Assembly: GCA_046260175.1 (NCBI GenBank)
Contig: JBHEPS010000005.1
Location: forward strand, 8,636-57,500
Length of the DNA stretch: 48,865 nucleotides
From: Thermoanaerobaculia bacterium
Lineage (GTDB): Bacteria > Acidobacteriota > Thermoanaerobaculia > Gp7-AA8
Direction of reading: 5' to 3'
Both the position numbers and the translations under genes were made by a program. Shown in pieces: positions 17,067 through 26,254 of the stretch (position 1 is its first letter; each line of letters starts with the position of its first letter). The notes beneath the pieces were generated by a model, which worked only from the letters and a program-made list of their open reading frames with translations, did no database searches and was not told where the DNA came from.

Positions 17067-17082
17067 TGGCATCTGCCGTGCA
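17067..17082 (+). promoter_or_regulatory. Candidate sigma-54 (-24/-12) promoter
   Basis: TGGCATCTGCCGTGCA has the invariant GG and GC at the canonical spacing of TGGCAC-N5-TTGCA. It lies about 45 nt upstream of the small ORF at 17127. Confidence 0.3.
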
Positions 17083-17126
17083 CTCCTGTACGTGTGCAGG
17101 CGGACGAGCCGGCGAAAGGAAACCCA

Positions 17127-17252
17127 ATGGAAATCATCTTGATGATTGCAACAGCCCTCGCGGCGGGCACTCTCGGCCTCGCGCTCGCCAGACATACCAA
17201 CCGACCAGTTCCCGTGAAGGTGGTTCCGCGAAAAGGTCGCCATCGCGGCTGA
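17127..17252 (+). CDS. Small hydrophobic peptide (41 aa), hypothetical
   Basis: MEIILMIATALAAGTLGLALARHTNRPVPVKVVPRKGRHRG has one predicted TM helix and a basic tail. AAAGGAA lies 7-13 nt upstream of the ATG. A strong terminator follows at 17303-17343. Confidence 0.35.
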   Translation: MEIILMIATALAAGTLGLALARHTNRPVPVKVVPRKGRHRG

Positions 17253-17302
17253 TCGCAGTACCACGCAGCACGACGAGACTCTCCTGTCACGTCACCGATC
17301 AG

Positions 17303-17343
17303 AAACGGGCGCCGGCAATCCACCGGCGCCCGTTTTCTTTGTT
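17303..17343 (+). terminator. Intrinsic terminator
   Basis: AAACGGGCGCCGG (17303-17315) pairs perfectly with CCGGCGCCCGTTT (17323-17335) around a 7-nt loop. TCTTTGTT follows. Confidence 0.8.
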
Positions 17344-17357
17344 ACGATCCGCTCCGC

Positions 17358-17846
17358 ATGACGACGCCAAAAGCCCAGCTCTACGAGAAGGCCCAATCCG
17401 AGATTCTCGCAGTTCTCTCCGACGAAGGAGGATTCGAGCTCGACGCGATCGCCAGGATGGCGACCGTGGCCGCCGTTCTCTCCGGCTCCTTCGACACGTT
17501 CTTCTGGACCGGTTTCTATCGAGTGATCGATGGCCGGCTCGTGATCGGGCCGTACATGGGGACGGTCGGCTGCCTTCAGATCGAGATCGGCCGCGGGGTC
17601 TGCGGGACGGCAGCCGCAAATCGCGAGACCCTCATCGTTCCCGACGTCGAAGCATTTCCCGGGCACATCGCCTGCGACGCGCGATCGCGCTCCGAGATCG
17701 TCGTCCCGGTAATCGATGCCGACGGATCGCTGATCGCCCTGCTCGATATCGACTCGGACCGCCTCGACGCCTTCGATGAAGAAGACCGCGCCGGCCTCGA
17801 GGCGATCTGTCACAGCGTGTTCGGCCAGAGGGCGAGGGTTTCCTAG
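17358..17846 (+). CDS. GAF-domain protein, free methionine-(R)-sulfoxide reductase (YebR/MsrC-like)
   Basis: The 162-aa product contains [38 protein letters not shown]...[27 protein letters not shown]. This is the characteristic fRMsr-type GAF signature. Confidence 0.8.
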   Translation: MTTPKAQLYEKAQSEILAVLSDEGGFELDAIARMATVAAVLSGSFDTFFWTGFYRVIDGRLVIGPYMGTVGCLQIEIGRGVCGTAAANRETLIVPDVEAFPGHIACDARSRSEIVVPVIDADGSLIALLDIDSDRLDAFDEEDRAGLEAICHSVFGQRARVS

Positions 17847-18229
17847 CGGGAGAGCATTTCGAGAATCTCCTCGAGCTCCCGGCGGATCTTCCCGATGGCG
17901 GCGCGAGCCTGGGGGGGACGGCTTTTTTTCTTTGCGGTCGTCTCCACCGGCTCCGGCTCGGCGGTTCGTAGGGCGCCGCTGTCGTCGAGCTCGGCTTCCA
18001 GCTTCTTCTTCGCGCCGGCAATCGTGAACCCCTCGTCGTAGAGAAGTTCCTTGATCCGCAGAATCACGTCGATCTCGCCCTGGGTGTAGAGCCGCTGACC
18101 TCCGCCCGTCTTCCCGGGAGCGAGAGGGGGGAACTCGGTCTCCCAGTAGCGGAGCACGTACGGCTGAACGCCCGCCATCCGGCAGACCTCACCGATCTTG
18201 AAGCGTTTCTCTGCAGGCCCGCTCATCAC
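17843..18229 (-). CDS. MerR-family transcriptional regulator
   Basis: The HTH is [25 protein letters not shown]...[34 protein letters not shown]. The product is 128 aa. Confidence 0.85.
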   Translation of the reverse strand: MMSGPAEKRFKIGEVCRMAGVQPYVLRYWETEFPPLAPGKTGGGQRLYTQGEIDVILRIKELLYDEGFTIAGAKKKLEAELDDSGALRTAEPEPVETTAKKKSRPPQARAAIGKIRRELEEILEMLSR

Positions 18230-18235
18230 CGATCA

Positions 18236-20665
18236 TTATAGATTCGAAGCGGCACGCCGGCGCCGAAGCACGGCGAGCGCGCCTGCCACGGCGAGCACGA
18301 GCAGCGCCGAAATCGAGATCCAGACGCCCATCCAGTAGGAGAGCGGTGCGTAATACACCTCGATCTCCGAGCGCCCGGGGGGAACGAGAAACCCCATGAA
18401 GGCCTCGTTCACGCGAATCGTCTTGAGCCTCTCGGATCCATTGCGCATGACTCTCCAGCCCGGCCAGTCGGGCTGACTGCTCACGATCAACGTCCATCGC
18501 GGGGCGTCGACCGTCATCTGAAAGCGATCGCTCCCAGCAGCCACGAGATTCAGCGTGGTGGGCCACGCCTCATCCTTTCTCGGCCCGAAGAGATCGTCGT
18601 GAGCAAGAGGCATGAGAGCCGTTGGGAGGCGCTGAACGACGGCCGCGTTCGCCCAGTCGCGGTTGTCCAGCAGGATTCGCGTTCGCGCCTCGTCGTCGAA
18701 CTCCATCAGGACGTGCCGGACGGGGAAGAATCTCGGCAACGCCTCGTGATTTCGGAAGATCCGGCCGTCCCTGCCCGAGTAAACCTCTTCCCACTCTCCC
18801 CCTTCGAGCGTTTCCCCTGCGGAGGTCATCACATACCGGACGCTCATGTAGTCGATGATCGGATGAGAGACGTCTTTCAACATTCCGAAATAGCTGTCGC
18901 TCGTGTATCCGGTGAACACGCGAAGCACTCCGAGGACTTTGCCGTTGGCCATCGGGTCGTGTCCGCGGATGTCCTCGAGACCGTAGATGGCCGGCGTGTT
19001 CGGGAAGAGCATCGAGCCGAGAGCCGTCATCCGCCAGGCCAGCGGATCGGAAGTTCCGGGGTGAGATTTCAACTCCACCATCTTTTCGATGATCGGTGTG
19101 GGAGGGTAGAAGTAGGATTTCGAGACCGGCGGATTGAAGTCCGCACCGTGCGACTGCACGTCCAGGGTGACGACGGCGAGGAGCGCGAGGAGCGCGATCC
19201 TTCGCGCCCGGATCGGTACGACGACCACCAGAAGCAGAACCGAGAGCACCGCGATCCCGGGAGCCGTCGTCCTGACCGACTCGCTCCACGCACCGGTCCA
19301 GGGATCCAGCCTGCTCAGAGCGAACGCGAGGAAGAGCGAGACCGCCATCGCACCGCCGCCGACGGCCAGCGGCCAGCGGACTCCTTCGGCCGCGAGGTCC
19401 ACGAGTTTCGCGACGAGGATCGCGAGAAACCAGACGACCAGCAGGCGGACGCGAGCGTTCGCCGCCAGGGAAAAGAGAGGGATCGCTTCGAAAGCGTCAC
19501 TGATCACGGGCCAGTGAAGCGCGATCCCCATCAGCAGCGGAACCGCGAAGACGAGAAATGTCGCCTCCTCTCTCCACTTCCTCCGGCGCAGAACGAAGAT
19601 CAGCATGCCTGGCCAGGCAGCCGCGGCGAGAATCCCTCCGTATCCGGCGACCACTTCCGCGTGAGCCGGACCCCACGCCGTTCCCTCCCTCACCGTCCCA
19701 TAGAAGGCGGGCTGAATGAAGTTGACGAGAAAACGGGCATCGGTCGACCGGACGTGCACACCCGGATACTCCTGAAGCATGTCCCAGCGTTTCGTCGAAG
19801 GAAGTGCTTCGAGCAGAGGCATGACCTGAGGCAACGCCAGAGCGAGCGCGATCACCCCCGCCCCGACCACGCCGCCGAGCATTCCGGCGCGCTCTCGCCC
19901 GCTCGAGCCCCGATCGGAAATGATCCGGAAAACGAGCCAGAGCCCCGCTCCAAAGACGATGTGCGCGGCCGTTTCGGGGTGGCCTCCGAGAAGAAGCTGG
20001 GAGAAGACCAGGGCGAGTAGCGAGAACCTGGGAAGGCTCCGTTTCTCGAGCCACAAGTCGATGGCGAGAAAAACCACCGGCAGCCAGGCGCTGACCGTCG
20101 CGAGCGGAAAATGGAGCCAGACCAGCAGCGCCGTCGAGAAGCCGAAGCTCACGGCGCCCACCAGAGCGGGGATCTCCGAGACCCTCCGCTGGAGGAAGAG
20201 GAACGCCCCTGCGAGCGCGATCAGGATCTTCAGCGCGGCTTCGCAGGTGAACGCGTCGGCCAGGCCGAGGGGCAGTGTGATCCAGCGCAGGATCGAGAAG
20301 GCAGCGCTCTGGCCGTTCGCGAGAAGCGGGTAGCCCGCCGCGGCCGAAGGGTTCCAGAGCGGAGCGTCGAATGCCTTCCAGGACTCACGGACCTGATGCG
20401 CCCAGGGCACGATCTGCAGCGGCAGGTCGTTCAGTTCCGCGTTTCCGGGGCGTACGTTCGGATTCATTTCGATCCATGGACTCAATCGAAACAGGAAATC
20501 GGTCGATACGTTCGCCCAGTCGCCGGTGAGCGGCTTGAAGAGGAAGAGCAGGACCAGCAGATAGAAGAAAAGAGCGACGCGCCCGGAAAAGGGCGTGGCC
20601 CACCGTCGCCAGGCGTACACGCCCGCGGCCCAGACCGCAGCCAGATAGAGGAAGGTCCAGTTCAC
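18236..20665 (-). CDS. YfhO-like polytopic membrane protein (putative glycosyltransferase or glycan-modifying enzyme)
   Basis: The 809-aa product has many N-terminal TM helices, then an extracytoplasmic domain and a final TM (YYAPLSYWMGVWISISALLVLAVAGA). The architecture and C-terminal pattern resemble the YfhO family from memory. Confidence 0.55.
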   Translation of the reverse strand: MNWTFLYLAAVWAAGVYAWRRWATPFSGRVALFFYLLVLLFLFKPLTGDWANVSTDFLFRLSPWIEMNPNVRPGNAELNDLPLQIVPWAHQVRESWKAFDAPLWNPSAAAGYPLLANGQSAAFSILRWITLPLGLADAFTCEAALKILIALAGAFLFLQRRVSEIPALVGAVSFGFSTALLVWLHFPLATVSAWLPVVFLAIDLWLEKRSLPRFSLLALVFSQLLLGGHPETAAHIVFGAGLWLVFRIISDRGSSGRERAGMLGGVVGAGVIALALALPQVMPLLEALPSTKRWDMLQEYPGVHVRSTDARFLVNFIQPAFYGTVREGTAWGPAHAEVVAGYGGILAAAAWPGMLIFVLRRRKWREEATFLVFAVPLLMGIALHWPVISDAFEAIPLFSLAANARVRLLVVWFLAILVAKLVDLAAEGVRWPLAVGGGAMAVSLFLAFALSRLDPWTGAWSESVRTTAPGIAVLSVLLLVVVVPIRARRIALLALLAVVTLDVQSHGADFNPPVSKSYFYPPTPIIEKMVELKSHPGTSDPLAWRMTALGSMLFPNTPAIYGLEDIRGHDPMANGKVLGVLRVFTGYTSDSYFGMLKDVSHPIIDYMSVRYVMTSAGETLEGGEWEEVYSGRDGRIFRNHEALPRFFPVRHVLMEFDDEARTRILLDNRDWANAAVVQRLPTALMPLAHDDLFGPRKDEAWPTTLNLVAAGSDRFQMTVDAPRWTLIVSSQPDWPGWRVMRNGSERLKTIRVNEAFMGFLVPPGRSEIEVYYAPLSYWMGVWISISALLVLAVAGALAVLRRRRAASNL

Positions 20666-20698
20666 GAGAAGCTCACGGGAGGGGCTGCGAGCTCCGGC

Positions 20699-21655
20699 TC
20701 ATCCCGTCGGCGCTCCTTTCCAGCGGTCGTGCATCCAGAGCCAAAGCTCCGGGTTCTGCCGGATGCGCGTCGAGATCAACTCGTTCATCTGCGTGGTGAT
20801 GTACTCGGAGGTGCGGAGCTCCTCGGGAAGCCGGGAGGGAATGATAGGGGAGTCGACCTCGAGCCGTAAACGGCCGCTGCCTGCTTCCGGCCATGCGAAG
20901 GCGCAATAGATTGGTACGTCGAACCGGAGCGCGAGGCGCGCGGGCGCCGGGGTCGTCCAGGCAGGGACTCCCAGGAATGGGACGAGGATTCCCTCCCGGG
21001 GCTGGACGGCCTGATCGGCCACCATCGCCACGATCCCGCCGCGGCCGAGGATCTGGATCAGCGGGCGGGCGGCGTTTCGGCGGTCGAGTATCTGCACTCC
21101 AGCACGCAACCGGGCGCGGTTGAGGTGCTCATCGATCCTGGGGTTGTCGAGCGGTCGGGCCACGGCGGCCTTCTCCCGCTCGAACTGCGCCAGAATCGCG
21201 ATCGCGAACTCCCAGCTGCCGAAATGAGCCGAGACGAGAATCCCTCCGGTGGAGTCGATCTCGCGCAGTAGGGCCCGGATCTCATCGGAGAGGGTGAAAC
21301 GCCCCGCAATGGATTCGATCGATTCATCGATCGAGTGGATGAACTCGAACGTCGTTCTGCCGTAGTGCCGCCAGCATTCTTCGACGATCCGGTCGCGCTC
21401 CCGCGCCTGGATCCCGGGAAACACCAGCTCGAGGTTCCGCCGGGCGAGCTCCGTGCGGCCGCGCAGGACCCGCCGCGCGAACGCGCCGGTCCGCCCCCCC
21501 CACCTCGCGAGCGATTCGGGGCTCGCTCTCCGGAACGCTCCGGCAACCAGCCTGAACAGGGCATACTCACTCCAGATCAGGAGGCCCGACTTCTTTCCCC
21601 CCTTGCGCCTCGGGTGACGGAGGCCTCGCGCGGTCGATTCGTTCACGGGCGACAT
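20699..21655 (-). CDS. Lipid A biosynthesis (Kdo)2-lipid IVA acyltransferase family (LpxL/HtrB-like)
   Basis: The 318-aa product has an HX4D-type motif in ILVSAHFGSWEFAIA. It is adjacent to lpxK and waaA. Confidence 0.75.
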   Translation of the reverse strand: MSPVNESTARGLRHPRRKGGKKSGLLIWSEYALFRLVAGAFRRASPESLARWGGRTGAFARRVLRGRTELARRNLELVFPGIQARERDRIVEECWRHYGRTTFEFIHSIDESIESIAGRFTLSDEIRALLREIDSTGGILVSAHFGSWEFAIAILAQFEREKAAVARPLDNPRIDEHLNRARLRAGVQILDRRNAARPLIQILGRGGIVAMVADQAVQPREGILVPFLGVPAWTTPAPARLALRFDVPIYCAFAWPEAGSGRLRLEVDSPIIPSRLPEELRTSEYITTQMNELISTRIRQNPELWLWMHDRWKGAPTG

Positions 21656-21662
21656 AAATCGC

Positions 21663-22604
21663 TCATGTCCGCCCGAAATTCTCCGGTCTCCGCACTTTCG
21701 AGACCAGAAGGTCGAGGAGTTCCTGTTCGCGCTCGATCTTCGCGGCGACCCGGAGCACCGCGGTCTCCAGCCCCGTCGTCTTCACGGCGTCCTTCTCGGT
21801 GGTGATGGTGAACTCGGCCGACGCTGCCGCCGCCTCCCGACGGATTCTCTCGAGATCCGAAGGGCGGTAGACGTGATGGTCGGCAAAACCGATCGAGCCG
21901 GCCACGCTCGCTCCGAGCCGCTCGAGCGTTCGGAAGAACTGATCGTTGTCGGCAAGTCCCGCAAAGGCGAAGACTCGGGCGCCACGGAGCAGTTCGAGCC
22001 CGACAGGGGCTCCCGCGCGCGTCCATCCGGTCGGTACGATCTCGAGCTCGCGCTCGCGCGCCTCCGATGCGGGCCCTCCCCGCCGGAAGATGACGTCGGC
22101 ATCGCGCAGCGCCTCGGGCCCCTCGCGATACCACCTCGCTCCGACGTTTTCGATGACCAGGTCGAGGTCCCGTTCGAGCTGAAGATGCTGAAAGCCGTCG
22201 TCGAGCAGAAACACGTCACAGTCGCCCGCCGTCTCGAGAAACCATCGCCCTGCCGCGGCCCTCTTCGAACCGACCACGACCGCCGCTCCGGGAGCATTCC
22301 GGGCGATCACCACCGGCTCGTCTCCGAATCTCCGGGGATCCTCCCCGTCGACGATGAGGGGCTCGCGGGAAGAGTCGCGGCCATAGCCCCGCGTGAGGAC
22401 CACGACCCGAAGGCCGCGCTCGAGCAGCCCGCGGGCAATCGCGATCGTCAGCGGTGTTTTCCCGCTGCCGCCGATCGCGCGGTTGCCGATCGACAGCACG
22501 GTTCTCGGAAGCGACTCGGTCTGAAGCAGACCCCGCCGGTAGAGCGCGCGCCTCGCCCGGTTGATCACCGCGTACAGGGTCTGCGCCGGCGCACTCCACC
22601 TCAT
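21663..22604 (-). CDS. lpxK: Tetraacyldisaccharide 4'-kinase
   Basis: The motif is VLSIGNRAIGGSGKTPLTIAIARGL...VVVLTRGYGR (P-loop in LpxK context). There is a 4-nt overlap with waaA. Confidence 0.9.
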   Translation of the reverse strand: MRWSAPAQTLYAVINRARRALYRRGLLQTESLPRTVLSIGNRAIGGSGKTPLTIAIARGLLERGLRVVVLTRGYGRDSSREPLIVDGEDPRRFGDEPVVIARNAPGAAVVVGSKRAAAGRWFLETAGDCDVFLLDDGFQHLQLERDLDLVIENVGARWYREGPEALRDADVIFRRGGPASEARERELEIVPTGWTRAGAPVGLELLRGARVFAFAGLADNDQFFRTLERLGASVAGSIGFADHHVYRPSDLERIRREAAAASAEFTITTEKDAVKTTGLETAVLRVAAKIEREQELLDLLVSKVRRPENFGRT

Positions 22605-23860
22605 GATCCGAGCAACTCCAGAAGCCGCCCTGCCGTTCGCCCCGAAGCCCCACGATTTTCGCGGATCACCGCCTGACCCCGTTCGATCTGCCGCTGCCGC
22701 GCCGCCTCATCCTCCATCATCCGGCTGACGAAAGCCATCAGCTCCTCCGCGTCCCGGACCTCAACTGCCCCCTCCTCCGCCAGGAAGGTCTCGGCAATTT
22801 CCCGGAAGTTCGACATGTGCGGACCGAAGGCGACCGGGGCGCCACCCGACACCGGTTCGATCGGATTGTGTCCGCCATTCTGAATGAGGCTTCCGCCCAC
22901 GAAGGCCGCGCTCGCGTGGCGGTAGAGCCGGGAGAGCTCACCGATCGAGTCCAGCAGGAGAAGATCGGCCTCGCCCGTCGATCCCGGCCCGATCTCGCTG
23001 CGCCGGATCCATCGCAACCCCGACGTCGCGAGAAGTCCGGCGACGATTTCGAAACGCTGAGGCTTGCGCGGGGCAATGACGACGAAGCATCCCTGCGCGA
23101 TCAACCGGGGGAGGTGAGGCAGGATCGCCTCGTCTTCCCCCTCCATCGTCGACCCGGCGATGAAGATCGGCCGGCCTGCGGCGAGCTGCTGCATGTCGGC
23201 CGCGATGGAAGGGACGTTTTCTCCCGCTGCATCCTGGTCGAACTTGAGGTTGCCGGTGACTTCCACGCGATCGTCCGGCGCGCCGATGGCCACGAATCGC
23301 TCCCGGTCGGCTCCGGAACGCACGAGGATCACATCGTAGAGCGCAAAGATCCGGCGGAGGATCCAGCGGATCGAACGATAGCGCCGAAAAGAACGGTCCG
23401 AGATTCTCCCGTTGACGATCGCGAGCCGGGCCCCGGACTGACTGCAGATCCGCGCCGTGTTGGGCCAGATCTCGGTCTCGATCGCAACGTACATCCGGGT
23501 TCGATATCGCTGCAGGAAACGATGCACCGAGGGCGTGAAGTCGAACGGGAAGTACGTCACGGTCGCCTCGGGGAAGAGCCTGTCGGCGAGCGCCTGACCC
23601 GTGATCGTAGTCGTCGTGATCAGCATCCTGAGCTCGGGCCGTCGCGCGCTCAGTTGGTTCACGAGCGCCCGAGCCACCGCGACTTCGCCGACCGATACCG
23701 CCTGGATCCAGATGTCGAAGCTCTCCGCCTCACCCCGGTGAAAGCCGAGACGCTCGCGGAAATTCGGCCAGTACTTTCCTCTCAGAAAGCCGATCACGGC
23801 GAAAAGGGGGAGCAGGACGAGAAACGCCAGAAGCAGCAGCGCCTCGTAGAGCGCGAACAT
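22601..23860 (-). CDS. waaA: 3-deoxy-D-manno-octulosonic acid (Kdo) transferase
   Basis: The 419-aa product has an N-terminal anchor and the motif IWIQAVSVGEVAVARALV (compare E. coli HSVSVGE). The fold looks GT30-like. Confidence 0.88.
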   Translation of the reverse strand: MFALYEALLLLAFLVLLPLFAVIGFLRGKYWPNFRERLGFHRGEAESFDIWIQAVSVGEVAVARALVNQLSARRPELRMLITTTTITGQALADRLFPEATVTYFPFDFTPSVHRFLQRYRTRMYVAIETEIWPNTARICSQSGARLAIVNGRISDRSFRRYRSIRWILRRIFALYDVILVRSGADRERFVAIGAPDDRVEVTGNLKFDQDAAGENVPSIAADMQQLAAGRPIFIAGSTMEGEDEAILPHLPRLIAQGCFVVIAPRKPQRFEIVAGLLATSGLRWIRRSEIGPGSTGEADLLLLDSIGELSRLYRHASAAFVGGSLIQNGGHNPIEPVSGGAPVAFGPHMSNFREIAETFLAEEGAVEVRDAEELMAFVSRMMEDEAARQRQIERGQAVIRENRGASGRTAGRLLELLGS

Positions 23861-23970
23861 TGCACCGGATGATGCGTGCCCGGGGAAGGGGCGTCAAGAG
23901 CCGGGGCGGACTCGACCGTCCGGAATCGCCGGGGCGCTCCTCCTGTATATTCAGATCTGGAGCGATCTTA

Positions 23971-25260
23971 TTGAGCAACGACAAACCGAAGCGACGCCGC
24001 GAGCGAGCCATCATCGTCGGCGTGATTCTTCCCGAACAATCCCCTACGATCGTCGACGAGCACCTCGATGAACTGGCCAAGCTCTGCGAGGCCGCCGGCG
24101 GCGAAGTCGTCGGACGCCTCGTTCAGGAACGCCGCGCGCCCGACGCCGCCACGTTCATCGGGAAGGGAAAAGTCGAAGAGCTCAAGCACCTGGCCGACGA
24201 GACGAAGGCCGGTCTCGTGGTGTTCGACGACGATCTTTCCCCGGCTCAGGCGCGCAATCTCGAGAAGCGCACGGAGATCCCCATCGTGGACCGCAGCGGC
24301 CTGATTCTCGACATTTTCGCGCGGCGCGCCCGCAGCCGCGAAGCTCGCACTCAGGTGGAGCTCGCCCAGATGAAATACATGCTCCCCCGGCTGACACGAG
24401 CCTGGAGCCATCTCGAGCGGCAGGCCGGTGGGATCGGAACGCGCGGAGTCGGCGAGACCCAGCTCGAGCTCGACCGACGGATCGTGCGCGAGCGGATCCG
24501 CCGCCTCGGCGAAGATCTGACGAAGATCGAGAAGACACGCGAAACTCAGCGCAAGGGTCGCGAGCTCGCCTTCACGATCGCCCTCGTCGGCTATACCAAC
24601 GCCGGGAAATCCACTCTGTTCAACCGTCTCACCAGTGGCGACGCCTTCGCCTGGGATCAGCTGTTCGCAACGCTCGACGCGAAGCTCCAGAAGAGCCTCG
24701 CTCCCATGCCCCGGGAGACGGTGTTCATCGACACGGTCGGGTTCATCCGAAAACTCCCCCATCACCTCATCGCCTCATTTCGGTCGACCATGGGCGAAGC
24801 CGCCGAGGCCGACCTGGTGCTTCATGTGATCAACCTCGCTCACACTCACGTAGAGGATCAGAGGGACGTGGGACGGGGGCTCCTCAAGGAGCTCGGCGTG
24901 AAGGAAGAGAACATCCTCGAGGTCTACAACAAGGTGGACGCCGTCCCGCAGCCGAGCTTCCTGGAGCGCACGGGGCGCGACGCGGTGACGGTGTCGGCGC
25001 TGACGGGCCAGGGCGTGGGGAACCTGCTCGAGCGGATCCGCAGGATCGAGCTGGCCGCGGGGGAGATCGTGCACCTCGAGCTTCCGCAGTCCGAGGGGCG
25101 GCTGGCGGCCAGACTCCATGAGATCGGCATTGTGCACGAGCGGATCGAGCTCGAGGACCGGGTCGCTCTGACCGCATGGATTCCGCGGGAACTGCTCGGC
25201 CCTTACGAACCGTTCCGGACGGAGGCGAGAGTTCTCGATACGGGCGCGACCGGAAGCTGA
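23971..25260 (+). CDS. hflX: GTPase HflX
   Basis: The HflX N-domain reads AIIVGV...DEHLDELAKLCEAAGGEVVG. The G-domain has GYTNAGKSTLFNRLT, DTVGFIRKLPHHLI and NKVD. The listed start at 23860 (TTG) coincides with the divergent waaA start, so I prefer the in-frame TTG at 23971. The start remains uncertain. Confidence 0.85.
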   Translation: MSNDKPKRRRERAIIVGVILPEQSPTIVDEHLDELAKLCEAAGGEVVGRLVQERRAPDAATFIGKGKVEELKHLADETKAGLVVFDDDLSPAQARNLEKRTEIPIVDRSGLILDIFARRARSREARTQVELAQMKYMLPRLTRAWSHLERQAGGIGTRGVGETQLELDRRIVRERIRRLGEDLTKIEKTRETQRKGRELAFTIALVGYTNAGKSTLFNRLTSGDAFAWDQLFATLDAKLQKSLAPMPRETVFIDTVGFIRKLPHHLIASFRSTMGEAAEADLVLHVINLAHTHVEDQRDVGRGLLKELGVKEENILEVYNKVDAVPQPSFLERTGRDAVTVSALTGQGVGNLLERIRRIELAAGEIVHLELPQSEGRLAARLHEIGIVHERIELEDRVALTAWIPRELLGPYEPFRTEARVLDTGATGS

Positions 25261-25301
25261 CCTGCGAGAATGCGCGGCTTCCAGCACAAAATGAGACATA
25301 C

Positions 25302-25319
25302 GTCACAAGATCCTGTGAC
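25302..25319. promoter_or_regulatory. Perfect inverted repeat GTCACA-N6-TGTGAC upstream of the ccsA-like/hem operon (candidate operator)
   Basis: GTCACAAGATCCTGTGAC was read directly. It lies about 100 nt upstream of the ATG at 25416 in a locally AT-richer stretch. Confidence 0.25.
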
Positions 25320-25415
25320 TCGCTGCCGCGTCCACTCCCCGGGGATCTGCGATGATCCTCTCCAGCGGCACCGCTGCCCGGACCGGGGCGGCCGGCGAGC
25401 CGCGAAAGGCACCTG

Positions 25416-26210
25416 ATGTCGCCCGACTGGTTTCTCTACATCACACTAGCTTTTTACGCGCTGGGAACGGCATCGGCTCTGCTCGCCGTGATCCGCCGCT
25501 CCCCGGTGCTCCAGAAGCCTGCGCTCGCGCTGATGACGGCAGGGCTGATCACCCACACGTTCTGGATCGGCTCCATCTGCGTCCGAACGGGCCACGCCCC
25601 GATCACGAACCTTCCCGAAACGGCCAGCTTCATCGCCTGGACCATCCTGGTGATCAAGCTCCTGCTTCATTTCCGCTATCGGATCCAGGGAGCGAACTTC
25701 TTCATCTATCCTCTCGTGCTGATCCTTCTCACCCTCTCGGCCGTGATCGGTGAATCGATCGAGCCGCTCGAGCCCGCCCTCCGGTCCAGAGTGTTTATCG
25801 GCCACCTGCTCCTGACCAACCTGGGTGTCGCCGCGCTGCTCATCGCCGGCGGATTCACGATCCTCTACCTGATTCAGGAGAAAGCCGTTCGCGAAAAGCG
25901 GCAGAGCGCCCTCTCGGCCTGGCTTCCGAGTCTCCGCGCCTGCGATCAGATCAGCTACCGCGCGCTCGCCATCGGCTTCTCGATCTACACCGCCGGTATT
26001 TTCACGGGTTTCATCTGGTCCTACATGACTCCGGAGTCGACTTCCGGCCTGGGGGCCAAGGAAATCGGAGCTTTCGTCGCATGGCTGATGTTTGCCGCAT
26101 TGCTGCAGTCCCACCTTTCGGGCAACTACCGGACGCGCAAGAACCTGGTTATAGCGGCGGTGGCTTTCGCCTCGATCTTAGTGTCCATCCTGGGGATCCA
26201 GCATGCGTAG
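25416..26210 (+). CDS. Cytochrome c assembly (CcsA/HemX-like) family membrane protein
   Basis: The 264-aa product has about 8 TM helices and a Trp-rich segment (FIWSYMTPE...GAFVAWLMFAALL). It sits directly upstream of hemA, a common arrangement. Confidence 0.7.
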   Translation: MSPDWFLYITLAFYALGTASALLAVIRRSPVLQKPALALMTAGLITHTFWIGSICVRTGHAPITNLPETASFIAWTILVIKLLLHFRYRIQGANFFIYPLVLILLTLSAVIGESIEPLEPALRSRVFIGHLLLTNLGVAALLIAGGFTILYLIQEKAVREKRQSALSAWLPSLRACDQISYRALAIGFSIYTAGIFTGFIWSYMTPESTSGLGAKEIGAFVAWLMFAALLQSHLSGNYRTRKNLVIAAVAFASILVSILGIQHA

Positions 26211-26254
26211 GACGGCACGAAAAACCCGCGGCCGCAGCGGAGGCGAGTGATTCG

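Noticed and set aside
23860-23970. The N-terminal extension of hflX from the listed TTG start at 23860.
   Set aside because: It would start on the same base pair as the divergent waaA start codon. It encodes an Arg/Gly-rich non-conserved peptide, so a downstream in-frame start fits better.
25302-25319. The palindrome read as a CRP/FNR box.
   Set aside because: The half-site order is TCACA-N6-TGTGA, the inverse of the TGTGA-N6-TCACA consensus. It is kept only as a generic operator or hairpin candidate.
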